Below, in pieces: positions 23,440-63,179 of a DNA stretch of 64,000 nt. How positions within the stretch are numbered: position 1 is the stretch's first letter; the number at the start of each line of letters is the position of its first letter. This DNA is from Amoebidium appalachense (taxonomy: Eukaryota; Protista; Ichthyosporea). The stretch covers positions 4,966,060-5,030,059 of the forward strand of contig CAVNZM010000010.1 in NCBI GenBank assembly GCA_963693365.1. The letters run 5' to 3'. Both the position numbers and the translations under genes were made by a program. Below the pieces are notes generated by a model. That model was not told where the DNA came from. It searched no databases and saw only the letters and a list, made by a program, of their open reading frames with translations.

Positions 23440-25120
23440 GGAGGGAAAGAGGTCACATACCCTCACACCCGTTGGCACACTGCCAGTGAACGAAACCTTA
23501 TCGACATCTGGATGCTCGACCAATGGCTGCCCGGCATCTACACCCATACCGGGCACTATGTTGAGTGCCCCCGGGGGGAGGCCTGCACGTGTGCTGACGT
23601 CACCCAAAGAGAGGGAGGTTAAGGGGGCGAGTTCCGATGGTTTGAGAACTACGGAACACCCGGCTGCTAGAGCGGCGGCAACCTGTGGGAAAAAACACCA
23701 AGGGTGAGTGTGAGGTGTGGATGTGGGGATGCCATGGGTTAAGGGTGTGATTATGTACAGGAATTGTGAAGATAGGTTAAGCTCCCTTCGGAGGTGGTTT
23801 GTCCCCCCCCCCCCCCCCCCCCTCCCCCCCCTCCCCCTCCCCCCCCTCTCCCCGGCCGCCGTTGCCGCCCGCCCCGCCAAGGGAAAGAAGGTGAAAAGCT
23901 AAGAAAAAAATATAAAAATAGGAATACCATGGACACACACTACGCCAAAAGCACACGCCCAGAGAATTTCCGATAGTAAGCCAGAATATGCATCCGGCAA
24001 CCACACACCCGATATATATTCCAAGATTCTGTTTGCATATGTATCCCACAGCCATACCCTAACCACCCAACCCACATATATTCCAAGAGTATGTCAGAAT
24101 AAGCATTCCACATTCACGCCTTACACACCAAACCCTATAGATATGCCAAGAATATGTCAAAATACGCATTCCACCACCCAAGCCCATATATATTCCAAGA
24201 ATATGTCAGAATACACACCCCACACCCACACTCTACCCACCCAACCCTGTCAGAATACCCATTCCACATCCACACCCTACCCACCCAACCCCATATAAAA
24301 TACAAGAATATGTCAGAATACAAATCCCATATTCACACCCCACCCACTCAACCCCATAGATAATCCAAGAATATATCAGAATATACATCCAACCACTCCA
24401 CCAAACTAATCCCAAAATACCCCACGAACACATCAGAACACTCATCCGACAACAAACACACACCCCACCCCGCCTAGCCAACCCCCAAAATACTCCAAGA
24501 ATATATCAGAATACACATCCGACAACCACACCCCACCGTCCTAACCCCTCCAAATACTTCAAGAATATGTAAGAATACCCATACGACAACAAACCACGCC
24601 CACACCCAACCAACACACCTTCTGTGCAGACATTAACAACGGGTAGTTCCACGGCGTAATACACGCCACCACCCCCACCGGTTCCCGATAGATCGCGGTG
24701 GTGAAGTTTCCATCAGCGACTTTAATTTCTTGTCCTTGTTTGGCGTCCAAATCATGCGCCAGTTTGGCATAGTATCTAAAAATAGATGCTACTCCGTCCA
24801 CGTCTGCACGTGCGTCACTTAAAGGTTTGCCCATGTCGAGGGTTTCGAGCCAGGATAACCGGTCCTGCAGTGTGTGTGTGTGTGGGGGGGGGGGGAGGAG
24901 GGGGGGGGGGGGGGGGGGAGACATGGGGTTTTTCAAAAACAGATATCTACATGCGGCAATTTTGCGGAATTACGTCATAATGACGTCAACATGACGAAGG
25001 ATTCAATGTAGAAATGTTGGCTAAGCCGCAAAGGTGCACCGTTTCTGTCCTGACCAACTGCATGTTCACAAAGAAACATGCCCGGCCGTAAAGCCTTGCT
25101 ACCAAATAAGCTGCCCCCCT

Positions 25121-25157
<37 letters not shown>

Positions 25158-25196
25158 GTGCGCATCCTTTAACGTTATGTCTTTTTTTTTTTTTTT

Positions 25197-25251
<55 letters not shown>

Positions 25252-25742
25252 TAACGGTCTCCACGGTGGGTGATGGGGAGGGGAGATGGATAGATTTACG
25301 GTGCGGCGGGGGGAGGGGGGGGGGGGGTTTGTGTGTGAAGGAGGTGGTGTGTGTGTGTGTGTGTGTGTGTGTGTTGGGGGGGGGGGGGGGGGGGGGGGGG
25401 GGGTCTTGCATGTATACCTTTTCAGTCTGTATGATGTCAGCCATTGCACCGAGCACACTGGCCCTCTGCCTGCCACTACTTGCTAGACCCCACTCAGGGT
25501 CATAGAAAGACTCCTTGGCTGCACATACCGCACGCTGCAATAGGGTAAAGTTTAGGTGGATAATATATATGTTTACAGTTGTAGTGGTTAGGTATGCAGA
25601 AAAACCAGAGAACAGGGTATGTCTAAGTGGGTAGATAATACGGACAATCATAATGTTTGGGTGGATAGAAAAGTCAGAGAACACGGTGTTTGTGAGAAAG
25701 GAAGTGGCGAAATCAGAATATTCAGTGTAACACGAAATCTCC

Positions 25743-25818
<76 letters not shown>

Positions 25819-25819
25819 A

Positions 25820-25861
<42 letters not shown>

Positions 25862-26453
25862 GTGTGTGTGTGTGTGGTGCGTGTGTGTGTGTGTATGTGC
25901 ATATGGGTGTGCGTGTGTGTGTGAACCAAAGAGGCGGATGCAGAGGTGGGGGGAGGTGGGACTGGTGTCCCCTTCCGAGAGCACTTAACCTACTTTCACA
26001 CCTTTAATATGATTGATGAGAGTATAAGGCTTAAAGAAGCCCCCCCTCCCCCCTCCCCACCCCACCCCACCCCCCCCCCCCCACCCCCCCCCCCAAAAAG
26101 GGGGGGGGGGGGGGGGGGGGGAAGGGGAGGGAGGGTAGGGGGGGAAGGAAAAGGCGGGAAGGGCGCCAGCGAGAAGGCATGTTGTGGAAAAAATGCTTCT
26201 CTACCTTTACGTCCTCAGCTGAGCATGCTGCAATCCTGCAGATCTCTTTCCCAGTTGAGGGATTGATTGTTGCAAACGTCTCCCCTCCAGCCGCGTCGAC
26301 ATACTCATTTCTAATAAACGCACGAGTGTATTGGATCTCTCTTTTTAAATTGAAAGGGATTTTCGTTGTGTTTGTGGAAAGCAATCGCTTGTTGAGTGCT
26401 GATAGACATAACAATGGGTCACACGTTGGTTTAAAAAAGGCCTTTCGAAGCAT
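19768..26453 (-). CDS. ALDH10: ALDH10-like aminoaldehyde/betaine aldehyde dehydrogenase with a probable mitochondrial presequence
   Basis: Eight exons: 26453-26205, 25534-25418, 24864-24619, 23682-23461, 23002-22781, 21826-21610, 20693-20529, 19973-19768; all GT-AG and in phase. Motifs [25 protein letters not shown] (catalytic Glu), [14 protein letters not shown] (catalytic Cys), EEIFGP, NCSQP...[13 protein letters not shown] and a C-terminal WGW. N-terminus is Arg/Lys/Leu-rich. Confidence 0.92.
23950..24600. repeat. Degenerate minisatellite (CCAAGAATATRTCAGAATACAC core) in ALDH intron 3
   Basis: Core recurs roughly every 60 bp, about 8-10 times. Confidence 0.75.
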
Positions 26454-27540
26454 CCTGTACAGAAACACACGTACGACCAAGCGTGACGCTATAAACCCTA
26501 CGGTGGAATAAAGAGAGTAATGGCAACGTTCAAGAAGATGTAAATAACCTATGTTAAATGGCCACAATTGGCCTATCCTTGTGTATTGAGATGCAAACGA
26601 GATCTAACGAGGTAAGGCCTCGATCAGGCTTGCCAGACCTTCAACCGCCTGACTTTCCAATTCAATCCCCCAGTGAAATACACGCTTGTGTGGTTCCAAC
26701 TCACTTTATAGTTGTAATGAATGAAAAAAAAATTTTAAAAAAAAAACTTGAGTGCTTTGGGGTTATACCTCAAGGCCTCCTAAATGGTGTGCTATTTAGG
26801 AGGCCTTGTTATACCTACATAAGCCTAGCGGGCTGAGGTAGGGTTGTCACGGGCGCCGGCTTACCGGCTCTGACGTCATGCACTTTATAGCCTTATATGG
26901 CTATTGCGTTGCCATTTATAGCACGTTTGAACATCTATTTTTGGAAGGTGTTTCGCACCAAATAATTTTTTTTTTTTTTTTTTTTTTGCCTGCCGCAGCT
27001 GAAAAGAAAGCACTGTGTTCAAGTGGTTGTTTTGACACTACTGCACAACTATCAATTTTACTGGCATGGTGCTTCTTTAGGCTGGCAAACCTCAATTGCA
27101 TGACCCGCAAGTCTATTTATAAGATTTTCAACAAGGACAGAACATGAGTGTTGGTAAGCTAGAAAGATTTAACCTTAAAGAGCTCCCCTATCTTGGTTGC
27201 TTTATTCTGCCATCACATTTCCTGTGTGCTGTCAGTGCTCAGCTCGTCTTCCTTTCGCGATGACCACTCACCTTCTTTCGTGGATTCGTTTAGTTTTTAT
27301 TATTTTTGAAAACTGCAGAAAGCTCGTTTGAGCATTACACAGTAGAGGGAGTGCGTGGCGAAATAAAGCTAGGGTGGTTCGTCTTCCCCGGAGTGGGGCG
27401 GTGGGGGGTGGGGGGGGGGGGGGGGGAGGGGGGGGAGGGGGGCAGGGGAGGGAGAGAGGGCTGGGATAGAGATGGGCATTGGTGGAAGAGGATGAGAGGG
27501 AGGGGGTGGGGGGGCAAAAGAGAGAGAAAGACAAGAGAGA

Positions 27541-27881
<341 letters not shown>

Positions 27882-27911
27882 AGGGAGGGAGAGAGGGAGG
27901 GAGAGAGAAAG

Positions 27912-27952
<41 letters not shown>

Positions 27953-28719
27953 GGGGGAGAGAGAGAGAGAGGGAGAGGGAGAGGGAGGGAGGGAGGGAGA
28001 GAGAGAGAGAGAGGGAGAGAGAGGGAGAGAGAGGGAGGGAGAGGGAGAGGGAGAGGGGAAGGGAGGGAGGGAGGGAGGGAGGGAGGGAGGGAGGGAGGGA
28101 GGGAAGGGGGGGGAGGGGGGAGGGAGGGAGGGAGGGAGGGAGGGAGGGAGGGAGGGAGGGAGGGAGGGAAAGAGAGAGAGAGAGAGAGATAAAGCTAGAG
28201 GGCGAGGGAGAAAAGAGAGAGAGACAATTGTGTGGGTGTGCTTATGTATGACGGTGTCTAAACGGTGCTTGAGGTCATGGTCGTTTTTTCTTATTCTTTT
28301 TTCCCCTTTTCCCCTTTCTTTTTTTTTTTCTTCTTTTTCTCCATTTTTTTCGGTTGGGGGAGGGGGGTCTCTTTTTTTCTTTTCTTTGTTTTTTTCTTCT
28401 TCTTCTTTTTCTTCCTTTGTCTTTTTCGTTTTATGCCTAAGAACGATAGTGATAGGTAAAGGGAGGGAAGGAGAGAGAAAGGGAAGTGTAAAAGGAAGGA
28501 TTGTCTAAACCGGAAACGAGGCCGAGGGGTGAGGGCGGGAAGGGAGATGAACAACTCCTTACAACTCTTGGCATGTTCTTATCCTTACCAAACCCCACCC
28601 CCTCCCCCCACCCCTCCCTCCCCCCGGCCCCCCCTCCTCCTTCCTCCCCCCGTCCCCCCTGCCCCCCCCGCTTTCCTCGTCCTCACATGTCCCCTCTCCT
28701 CTCCTTTCCCTACTTCCAC

Positions 28720-30629
<1,910 letters not shown>

Positions 30630-31590
30630 TGGTCGTGTGGTGTTTTATTTCGTCCCCCCCCCCCCCCCCCCCCCCCGTCCTCTCCCTTTACCCCCCCTTC
30701 CCCCTTGCCCCTCCTCTCTTCACACCTCTTTCTCCGGTTACCAATGTTTTTGGCTAGGTTGTTGTGGCTGTATGTTATAATGTCTATGATTTAATACAGG
30801 GACGCGGTCCTGGTACGGTGCTTTCATTGGCAGGAGAAGGGGGGGAGGGGGAGGGGGAGGGGGGGGGGGGGGGGGGGTATAACGAGGTTATATGCTAGAC
30901 TAGCAGGTTTCTCGAGGTTTCTTGTAACGGTTCCCACGTTACAACTTCCCTCTAATGAAATGAGCCTGTAACAGGACTTACAGACTACATATATATTCCA
31001 CCCTACTTTTCGCCGAGTCACAATTTTTATATATGTAGCTACAGCCGACAAATTGGCAACATTAGGCAAGTCGTAGGTCGATCTGGATTATGTAAGTTTT
31101 AACATGGGTCACGGCCCCGGTTGCTCTACCGTGATGATGATCTTGATAGATCTAGAAAATGAGCGAGAATTTCTTAAATATCAAAGCACATTCTTTTTTT
31201 TTGGCTCCGTATGTACTGAAACAGCAGGGTACTGTTACAGAACATAGTATTATAGTCCGATCGGGTCCGGATCCAAGGAACCAATATTAATGATTGAAGT
31301 TGCTTTCCGCCTTTCATGTGTGCTGTGACTATAATAGTTAGTCTAAGCTTGCAGGTTGACTGCGTATTTCCGGAACTCAAGCCAACCCCGCCTCCCCCCC
31401 CCACCACCCCAACAACAACAACCCACCCACTCACCCACCCCCACCCCCCCATGGACACACACCACACACACACACAAAAAAAACACTGGCGCCCACACCC
31501 ACACCCATTTAAATATTTGTTTTTTTCCCTCTTTATTTTCCCTTTCTCCTTTCCTTTCTTTCAAGTTCTTTTCTTTTCTTTTCTTTTCTC

Positions 31591-31650
<60 letters not shown>

Positions 31651-32523
31651 CTTTCTGTCGAATTGATTCTTTCTTTCTTTTCTATTCTTTTCTTTCTTTC
31701 TTTAAGTTGGGGGAGGGGGGGGGGGGGGGGGGGGGAGGGGGGGGGGGGGGGGGGGGGGGAAGCAGGGGGGGATTACGAAAAAAAATCGTCGTAATTACGA
31801 TTAACGAAAGACCCCGATACGAATAAGGTGCCGTCGTAACAGCTTTCGTATCAGATATGTATAGCATTATAAACGCTTTAAGGCCCCCTAATATCTAACT
31901 GTACCTAATTTTTTCAATATTTCTGTTCAAGAACATATATATCTACAGCGCTTCTCATGAGCAATATCGAACCCCGACAAGTGTCCAGGGCTTATAATTT
32001 TGCGATACTTAAATTGTAAAAACGCGTATTGTGAGTTTTGTGACTGGAGGGGCGTTTTTAGCTGGGCTTGCAGATCCCCAAGAACCCCCTCGTTACGATT
32101 AAGAAACTGTCCGTTACGATTGGCCAAAAGACAAAACGGTTAAGCTGGCCAACCCCAGCCCAACCCTGGGGGGAGGGAGGGAAATAGCCATATATGGCTA
32201 AACAGAAGCAATCAAGCCACGCTGACGTCACAACGCGGCTCGCCAGCGCACCGAAGCCACATGGCGGGAAATTCAGAACGGTGTGTGTGCGTGTGTGCGT
32301 GTTTGCGGCGTGCGTAGAAGTGTGACTTACAGCTGGTTTGGTTAGGAATATACAGCACGCAAGGTAATACTATCCTACTGATAGAGTGTGTCAATGAGAA
32401 TGGCGCGCGGACTGTTCTCTCCAGCAGTGTTGGCCCAGGCCAGGTAGGTGCAAGGGAATAGAGCACTGGGGGAGGCATGTTCTTGCTGTGTGGTTGTGTG
32501 ATGGTGTTTTTGCAGAGAGATGT

Positions 32524-45122
<12,599 letters not shown>

Positions 45123-45511
45123 GTTTGATTGGCCAAAAATCACGCCAGATATGTCCCGATACGGCAAGTTGCAGCTGATTTGGCGGGCAATTTCACTGCC
45201 TAGCATGTGTTTGTAAAACCAACGGATATATGCACAAAAAAAATATGCATCTAATGGCAAACACCGGCTGTTAGAACTTGGAAGGCATGGACATAAATAA
45301 TACAGGAGTGCTAGGAAAGTTGACTGTCTAGACTGGATCGATGTGAAGGACTTGATGGGGGTCATTCTTGTAGTAGTTCTTTTCTTTTCTCTTCTTTCCC
45401 CCCCCTCTGCCCATTGTTTCTTGGCCATTTCCTCGACCCATGTGCATGTTTTTGGCTCGCGCGCCACTGTACGTAAGACACACACACACACACACACCAC
45501 ACACACACACA

Positions 45512-45561
<50 letters not shown>

Positions 45562-46117
45562 GGAACACAAATACACCCATCGTTTGTCGGTGCAGATTCA
45601 TATATCATGCATATATGGAACAGTTACTTGAAGGCCTCGGGGAGACACACGCTGTGGGCATTTCTCAGTGACTCATACACCACTGAATTTAAGCAAATAA
45701 AAATGATCAACCCGAAGGTGAAATGGCGTCCCCATGCTGTTGATGAAATAGACACCCAGCCTGGTTGGTGGAGCACGTCAAGAATTTTGTTAACCTCTTG
45801 AGGCCCGGACCAATTGATTTGGACGGGTCCCGTCCAAGGCCTAAACAACTCTATTGCGACCAAAATCGATAGAAAAAGCTCAAATAAATTGCATATGCCG
45901 ACAGATACATGTCTTACCTACATACGTTACTAAGATGATTTATGGAAAAATGTCATTATTTCGTATACTTTTATATCTGTTTCTGAAGTGACTTTCGAGA
46001 TTTTGAGAATATCTTGGAGCTGCCATCAGCCGGCCAATCTTTTGCTTTTGCTCTGTAACCATGACATCATGGCCCAATCGAGCCGCATAAACATTTTATC
46101 GCGACGAAACCCCCCTT

Positions 46118-46178
<61 letters not shown>

Positions 46179-46288
46179 ACACATGCACACACACGGTTCT
46201 TCCCCATTCCCATCTTTCCCATCCTCCCACCCCTCTCCATGCATAAGCAAAGGTTGTGGAGCTCGGTTTGTTTTTAGGCTATGCTTGT

Positions 46289-46346
<58 letters not shown>

Positions 46347-47151
46347 TCCCTCTCCCTCTCCCTCTCCCTCTCCCTCTCCCTCTCCCTCTCCCTCTCCCTC
46401 CCTCCCTCCCTCTCTCTCTCCCTCTCTCTCCCTCTCTCTCTCTCTCCCCCCCCCCCCCCCCCCCCCCCCTCTCTCTCTCTCTCTTCCCCTCTCTTTCTCC
46501 CTCCCTCCCTCCCTCCCTCCCTCCCTTCTTGCCTTCCTCCCTCCCTCCCTACCCCACTCCCTCTCTCCACGTGCACACACGGTCTCTCTCTTTCCCTCTT
46601 ATTCTCCCTTCTCTTATCCCCTTCCCTCCCCCCCCCCCCCCCCCCCCCCCCCCGTTTCACTCAGCACCGTCTGCTCTCACATGCACACATGGCCTCTCTC
46701 TTTCCCTCTTATTCTCCCTTCTCTTACCCCCTTCCCTCCCCCCCTCGGCTGCCCCCCCTCCCCCCCCCCCCTCCCCTCCCCTCCGTCCTCTCCCTCCCTT
46801 CCTCCTTCCTCCCTCCGTTCTCTCTCTCGCTCCCCCCCATCACGGGAGCCCCCCCCCCCCCCCCCCCCCCCTCCTCTCTCTTCACACTCAACATGGCATA
46901 CACGCGCATGCACACACTTTCAAACACACACACACACACACACTCTCTCTCCCTCTTCTCTCTCCACTCTCCCTCTCTCCCTCTCTCCCTCCCTCTCCTC
47001 TCTCTATTCCCCCCCCCCCCCCCCCCCCCCCTTCACTCCCTCACTCCCTCTATTTCTTCTTACTCACTCACCATCCTCTCTCCCATGCACATGCGGCCTC
47101 TCTTAACCGCTTTCCTACATTTCTTCCGTGGGGCTTCATTCTTTTCATTTT

Positions 47152-47619
47152 GTGTGGTATGTTAGCCAGGGAAGTATCGACTTAGGTATCGACGGGGGGG
47201 CCTAGAAGCCCCGTCTCCTGAGTTCCTCATTTTGCACACTGCGCACGTTGCTGATGTTGCATACCTGAATGTTTGCTTTTGCCTGTGTCCTTCACTGTGT
47301 TTCTCATCGTGTTCTTGTACTTCGTACCATGTTCCGCTTTTTAATCCCCTTTTTTTCGTACTTTATGACGCATTCAACCCCCCCCCCCCCCCCCCCGGCC
47401 CTCTCAGAATCAGACCTACACCTTCTGAACATCTTCCCAACACAATTCGACACCACAACACCCTTCCTGGCCGCATTTTTTTTGGCCCTGCAATCTCGTG
47501 AGCGATCCATCCCTGCTGTGCCCTCACGGTGGCCTCTAAGTCTGTGTCACCAGGTTTTGGGTTGTCCTAGAATGCAATCCTTCTCGTTAGTGTTCTGGTC
47601 CTGTTTACACAGTTAGCAG

Positions 47620-47665
<46 letters not shown>

Positions 47666-47764
47666 CCCACCCCCCTCCTCCTCCCATGTTCAAGTGCAGC
47701 AGTGTCTGAGTTGGGTTTTGTCGACGAGGTGAATGGGTGTATGTGTGTGCGGCGCGCGCGCACA

Positions 47765-47816
<52 letters not shown>

Positions 47817-47985
47817 CCCCTTTTAACTCCCCGCGCGCGTGCGCGCGTGTGCGTCTGCGTGTGCGTGTGTCACGGTGTGTGTGTGTGTGTTCCCCTTTTA
47901 TCTCCCGGCATGCGCGCGCGAGTGGTGTGTGTGTGCGTGTGTGTGGGTGGGTGTGTGTGTTCCCCTTTTATCTCCCGATCGCGAT

Positions 47986-48024
<39 letters not shown>

Positions 48025-48070
48025 TTGTGTGTGTTGTGTGTATGTGTTTCCCTTTTATCTCCCGATCCCA

Positions 48071-48101
<31 letters not shown>

Positions 48102-48780
48102 CCACCACCACCAACCACAAAAAAAAAAAAAAAAAAAAAAGATTAAAGAAAACACAGGCACACACACGACAAAATTCTGGTCTATTGAAGCTACTTTATA
48201 TAAAGTCCAGTCCCCGGCTCTGTGTCTATTGACACAAAAACCCCCATCTACAAAGAAATTTGAGCTATTCCTCCTCCGTTCTGGCAGTGATACTGCCACG
48301 TGTGTACATATGCCCCGTGATGTGGTGCATGCACGTGCGTGCGCGAACACACCGGGCACACACCACGATTACCACTCACGTGCACCATTATGACATGTGT
48401 ACCTACACTCAACCACCCACGTACACACACACACACACACACACTTGTGACACGCGCGCGCGCACACACAGAAAATAACCCTACAGACCTGCACGTGCAC
48501 GTGTACACAGTCTAACTGGAAAAGCAAAAAACGGTTGGCTTACTGTGGCAAAGTGCCATAGTGCACCTCCCCACCGCCTCCCACGGTGCTTCTTACACGC
48601 TTGCATGTGCACCAGTCATTACATAATTACACAGCCCACTGAGACGTCAGGCCCTGAGCGGATGGGCAACCATGGCCATGATGACCCCCCCCCCCCCCCC
48701 CCCCCCCCCCCATATATACGAGGCATACTCTTTATGTGTGATGAGTTGCAATTGTCCGTCGTGAATGTGTACTTCCTACC
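47152..48780 (+). mobile_element. Repeat fragments outside identified genes: chimeric A/B/A copy (47152-47378), A middle piece (47682-47738), C piece (48722-48780)
   Basis: GTATGTTAGCCAGGGAAGTATCGACTTAGGTATCGACGGGGG..CTCCTGAGTTCCT joined to B-type GCTGATGTTGCATACCTGAATG.., ending GACGCATTCAA+(C)n. Confidence 0.7.
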
Positions 48781-49278
48781 GTAGGCTGTTACTCTTTCTA
48801 TACACCACCCCCTCTCTCCCAACCTACACACACACACAAACAACCACACTCACCCACCATGGTATTTTCCACACATATTAGCACACGATACCGCTTACTC
48901 TTACTTCTTGGTCATGCTTGTGAATTTGGGTTTTTGGACACAGACGGCATTATGGCGTACAAAGAAACAGTAGCTACAAGAAGCTGTCCTTTTCGTGGTT
49001 CAAATCAGTACTTGTGCATTCCTTGATGTGATTGTATGAACATAATTATACATGCATGCACTGCGGTTGGATTGACTCACTAACTTAATAACCACATGCG
49101 TCCACGCATTCACAGGTACGTACACACCTGTGGTACACGGACACTTGCACAAACGTGCAAAAGCGTGCCCGTCGCGCGCGCACACACGGTCATTCGTGCG
49201 CACACGCGTATGCACACATCTGCACACAAACACACACACGAACACAGACACACACACACCCACACACACCCACACCCA

Positions 49279-49320
<42 letters not shown>

Positions 49321-50267
49321 AACACACGTACACAGCTGAACGTGTGTCTGTGTGTGCTGTGTATGTGTTGACGTCACACAATGTATATGCGCGTGCATAT
49401 TCGTGTGTATGTGTGAGAGGGTACTGACGTCGAGCTTTTAAGTGAATGTGTGGACGCGAAGGGCCCCAACTGTTTGAGTGCTAACGAATAAATATCACCC
49501 ATCTTTCAAGCATCACACTTGTACATATGCCCTTGGCAACACAATAGGCTTCGGGCAGAACTCCGAGAAATAGCCTGGTTAGAGGGTGAATGTGTTTGTA
49601 TACGTGTTTGTGGGTGTGTTTTCTCTGAAGCCGCCTTGCACAAACAGCGTTAGCCTCATGATCCTGGGCTGATCGGCCGGTCGCGCTCTCCATTCTTGAA
49701 TAGCATAACCTGTTCCCTTGTTTCTATTGTTTGTTTTAAAAGATAACCTCGAAGTGTGAATGCGCAAAACCGCTGTGTTTCGAGGGGCAAAAAAAAAAAA
49801 AAAGATCCTTCAGTTACACTGGCAGGCCGTTGAAGGCTTTGCGTTGCGCAAAAGTTGGCGCATGTCGCTTCGTGACACATAGCAAATTGCAGCGGAATAC
49901 TCGGTCGCATTTGATTGGTGTATGCATTTCATATGTGTCAATTAGAAGACCAATGCACGAAAGTGGCTCCCCAATGAAAACCCTCCAATATAGAGTGTAC
50001 TGATAGTCCTACATCAGATACCCTACTTGTGCCATCTTACCCATAATATGTAATATAATAGGGGTGTCATATACTACGATGGCGCTCATTGTTGCCTAGC
50101 ATGTACATATGTCACTGGCTGCATTTGATTGGCTGCGCTGGAAAACGCAGTAGGCCGTCGAATGTGGCTGGGCCTCCGGCAGTGTCCACGCAATAAAAAG
50201 TGTGTAAACCCATATGCATGTCGCTTTAACAAGTCGGCAGTCTGATGACCCACGCATATACAGATCT

Positions 50268-50302
<35 letters not shown>

Positions 50303-50881
50303 GCCCCACCCCGGGGGGGGGGGGGGGGGGGGTTTGAATCCTGTACATGTGCATGCAAAACAATGTATCCTCTCTCCCATCGACCAGAAGTCCTTCCAGG
50401 CCTGAGGCGTGTAATCACACGGCCGGCGCCGCCGTGCAACCATAGACCAGTACTTAGTTTCCCCCCACGTTATATTTATTATTACGGGGAAAAAAGTGAG
50501 AGGAAGACATATTTAGGAAAGTCGTCGACGAGTACAATGTCATGGAAGGTGGTTTACGATCGAAACCGGCTCGATCGGATCACCCATACATGAGAGGCCT
50601 AGGAAACTTAATTGTTTGGAAACCCGATTATTAGTCACTGCCCCCCTTGCTACGTGTCACGGACACCGAGACCAATATGCCCGCCCCACCACCAACTGTA
50701 TAAGGAGGCCAAATATATCCACAAGTCACGCTAACTCCGTACCCAAGGCTCGTGGAAAACGACAGTGGGCCATCAAAAACTTCAGTACAGAAACAGGGGG
50801 GAACATAAAATAAATATCTTCCGCTCATAGTTTTACCTTCTTCCACGTTTGCCACAGAATTTATGCAGTAGTATCATGACA

Positions 50882-50918
<37 letters not shown>

Positions 50919-51854
50919 TTTGCAACCCATCCAACTACCCCTAAGACTTTAGTCCACCTGACACACTTAGTCAACAAAAATTTGTATATGAACAAAATGC
51001 ACCAAAACGTCGATAATTTAAAGTAAAAGTACCACCGGCCGCGGTGACCACCAAACACAATTTACAAAGATGAAAAATTAGACATTATAAATACGAAGGA
51101 GCAGGACAGACATAAAGAGCCTACACTTACATTGTGAAAGCCATCCAACCAAATAATCACCACAGTGAAAATGGTTTTAAGACTATCCGGAAAATGAAAA
51201 TGAATGTTTTGATTTTCCGTTTGCAATTAGTCTGCGAGTCCGAAGGATTCCACCACTCAACCTGTTTTATGATTACAACTCTACGGAGATCATAGATTTA
51301 ACCCAACCAGGCCGCAACATCCCAAAGCATATCCACAAATCAATATGCAACATAAAAACAGAAGACACAGTCATTCATTCTCTTAAATCTTAGTTATCGT
51401 AATGGTAACGGTAGATATCATACCATATACGCAGCATCCGCACAATCGGTCCAACCAATCGCATATTTATCCTTACCCTACCAATACCCAAGTCACACGA
51501 AATGTTTCTCTAAACACTTACCAGATCTCCATTTACATATTTAAATGGGGCAGGGAACAGGCAGTAATGAGATTGTGTTATAACAAGAAGGGGAGAATGG
51601 GGAGGGGGTTGAATAAGGCCAAACACTTGCACAACACTTGAATGCATGCAAACGCTCTATTGATGGCTAAGAATCCCCCCCCCCCCCCCCCCCCCCCCCC
51701 TCCCCCCCCCCCTCCCCCTCCCCCCCTCTGCCCCCCACCTTTCCTCCTCCTCCCTCAATAAGAAAACCTCCCAAACCCCACCACTGCTTGCCTTCGCAAA
51801 AACCGCACCAATGTAATCTACCAACCACCACCCACGGCATCTTTCCTTTTAAGG

Positions 51855-62463
<10,609 letters not shown>

Positions 62464-62810
62464 CTGTGGAATTTTAAAAAAAAGAAAAAAAAGAAGGAAT
62501 GGGGGAAAAGAAAGCGAAAAGAAAAAACGAAAGAAAATGAAGGAAAGAAAAGAAAGCAAAGGGGGGAGGGGGGGGGGGGGGGGGGGGGGGATTTTTGATT
62601 GTGTATACGCTCCGCTGGAGAAGCAAGAATGATGAGAGGGACGCAGTGAAAGGAAGCGGTAGAGGGAGAGGGTGAAGAAGTGCAAGAAGATAGAGGGAGA
62701 GAGGAAGTTAGTGGGAAAGAGACAAGGGGAAACGAAGGGGAGAGGGGGAGTCGGAAAAGGAGAGAGGAGCGAGGGGGAGGGTGGGTGGGGAGGTGAGGGA
62801 GGGGAAGGAG

Positions 62811-62848
<38 letters not shown>

Positions 62849-62849
<1 letters not shown>

Positions 62850-62907
62850 GGAAGGGGTGTGTGGGTGCCTGGGGTGGGTGGGTGGGTTGGAGGAGGGGGA
62901 GGGGAAA

Positions 62908-62943
<36 letters not shown>

Positions 62944-63005
62944 AGGGGGTGTGTGGGTGCCTGGGGTGGGTGGGTGGGTTGGAGGAGGGGGAGGGGAAAG
63001 GGGGG
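62849..63005. repeat. Two ~60-bp direct repeats separated by a G run
   Basis: GGAAGGGGTGTGTGGGTGCCTGGGGTGGGTGGGTGGGTTGGAGGAGGGGGAGGGGAAAG at ~62850 and ~62941. Confidence 0.85.
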
Positions 63006-63142
63006 GAGGGGGGGGGGGCTAATGCTATCTGGTCAAGTCAAGATTACAGATGAATGTAAGGAGCCAAAAAAATGAAGGCACGGGGGAGTCGGTAGTGGTG
63101 TTGTGGATAGAGGAAGTCACGAGAAGCAGACCAAGACGGAAT

Positions 63143-63179
<37 letters not shown>

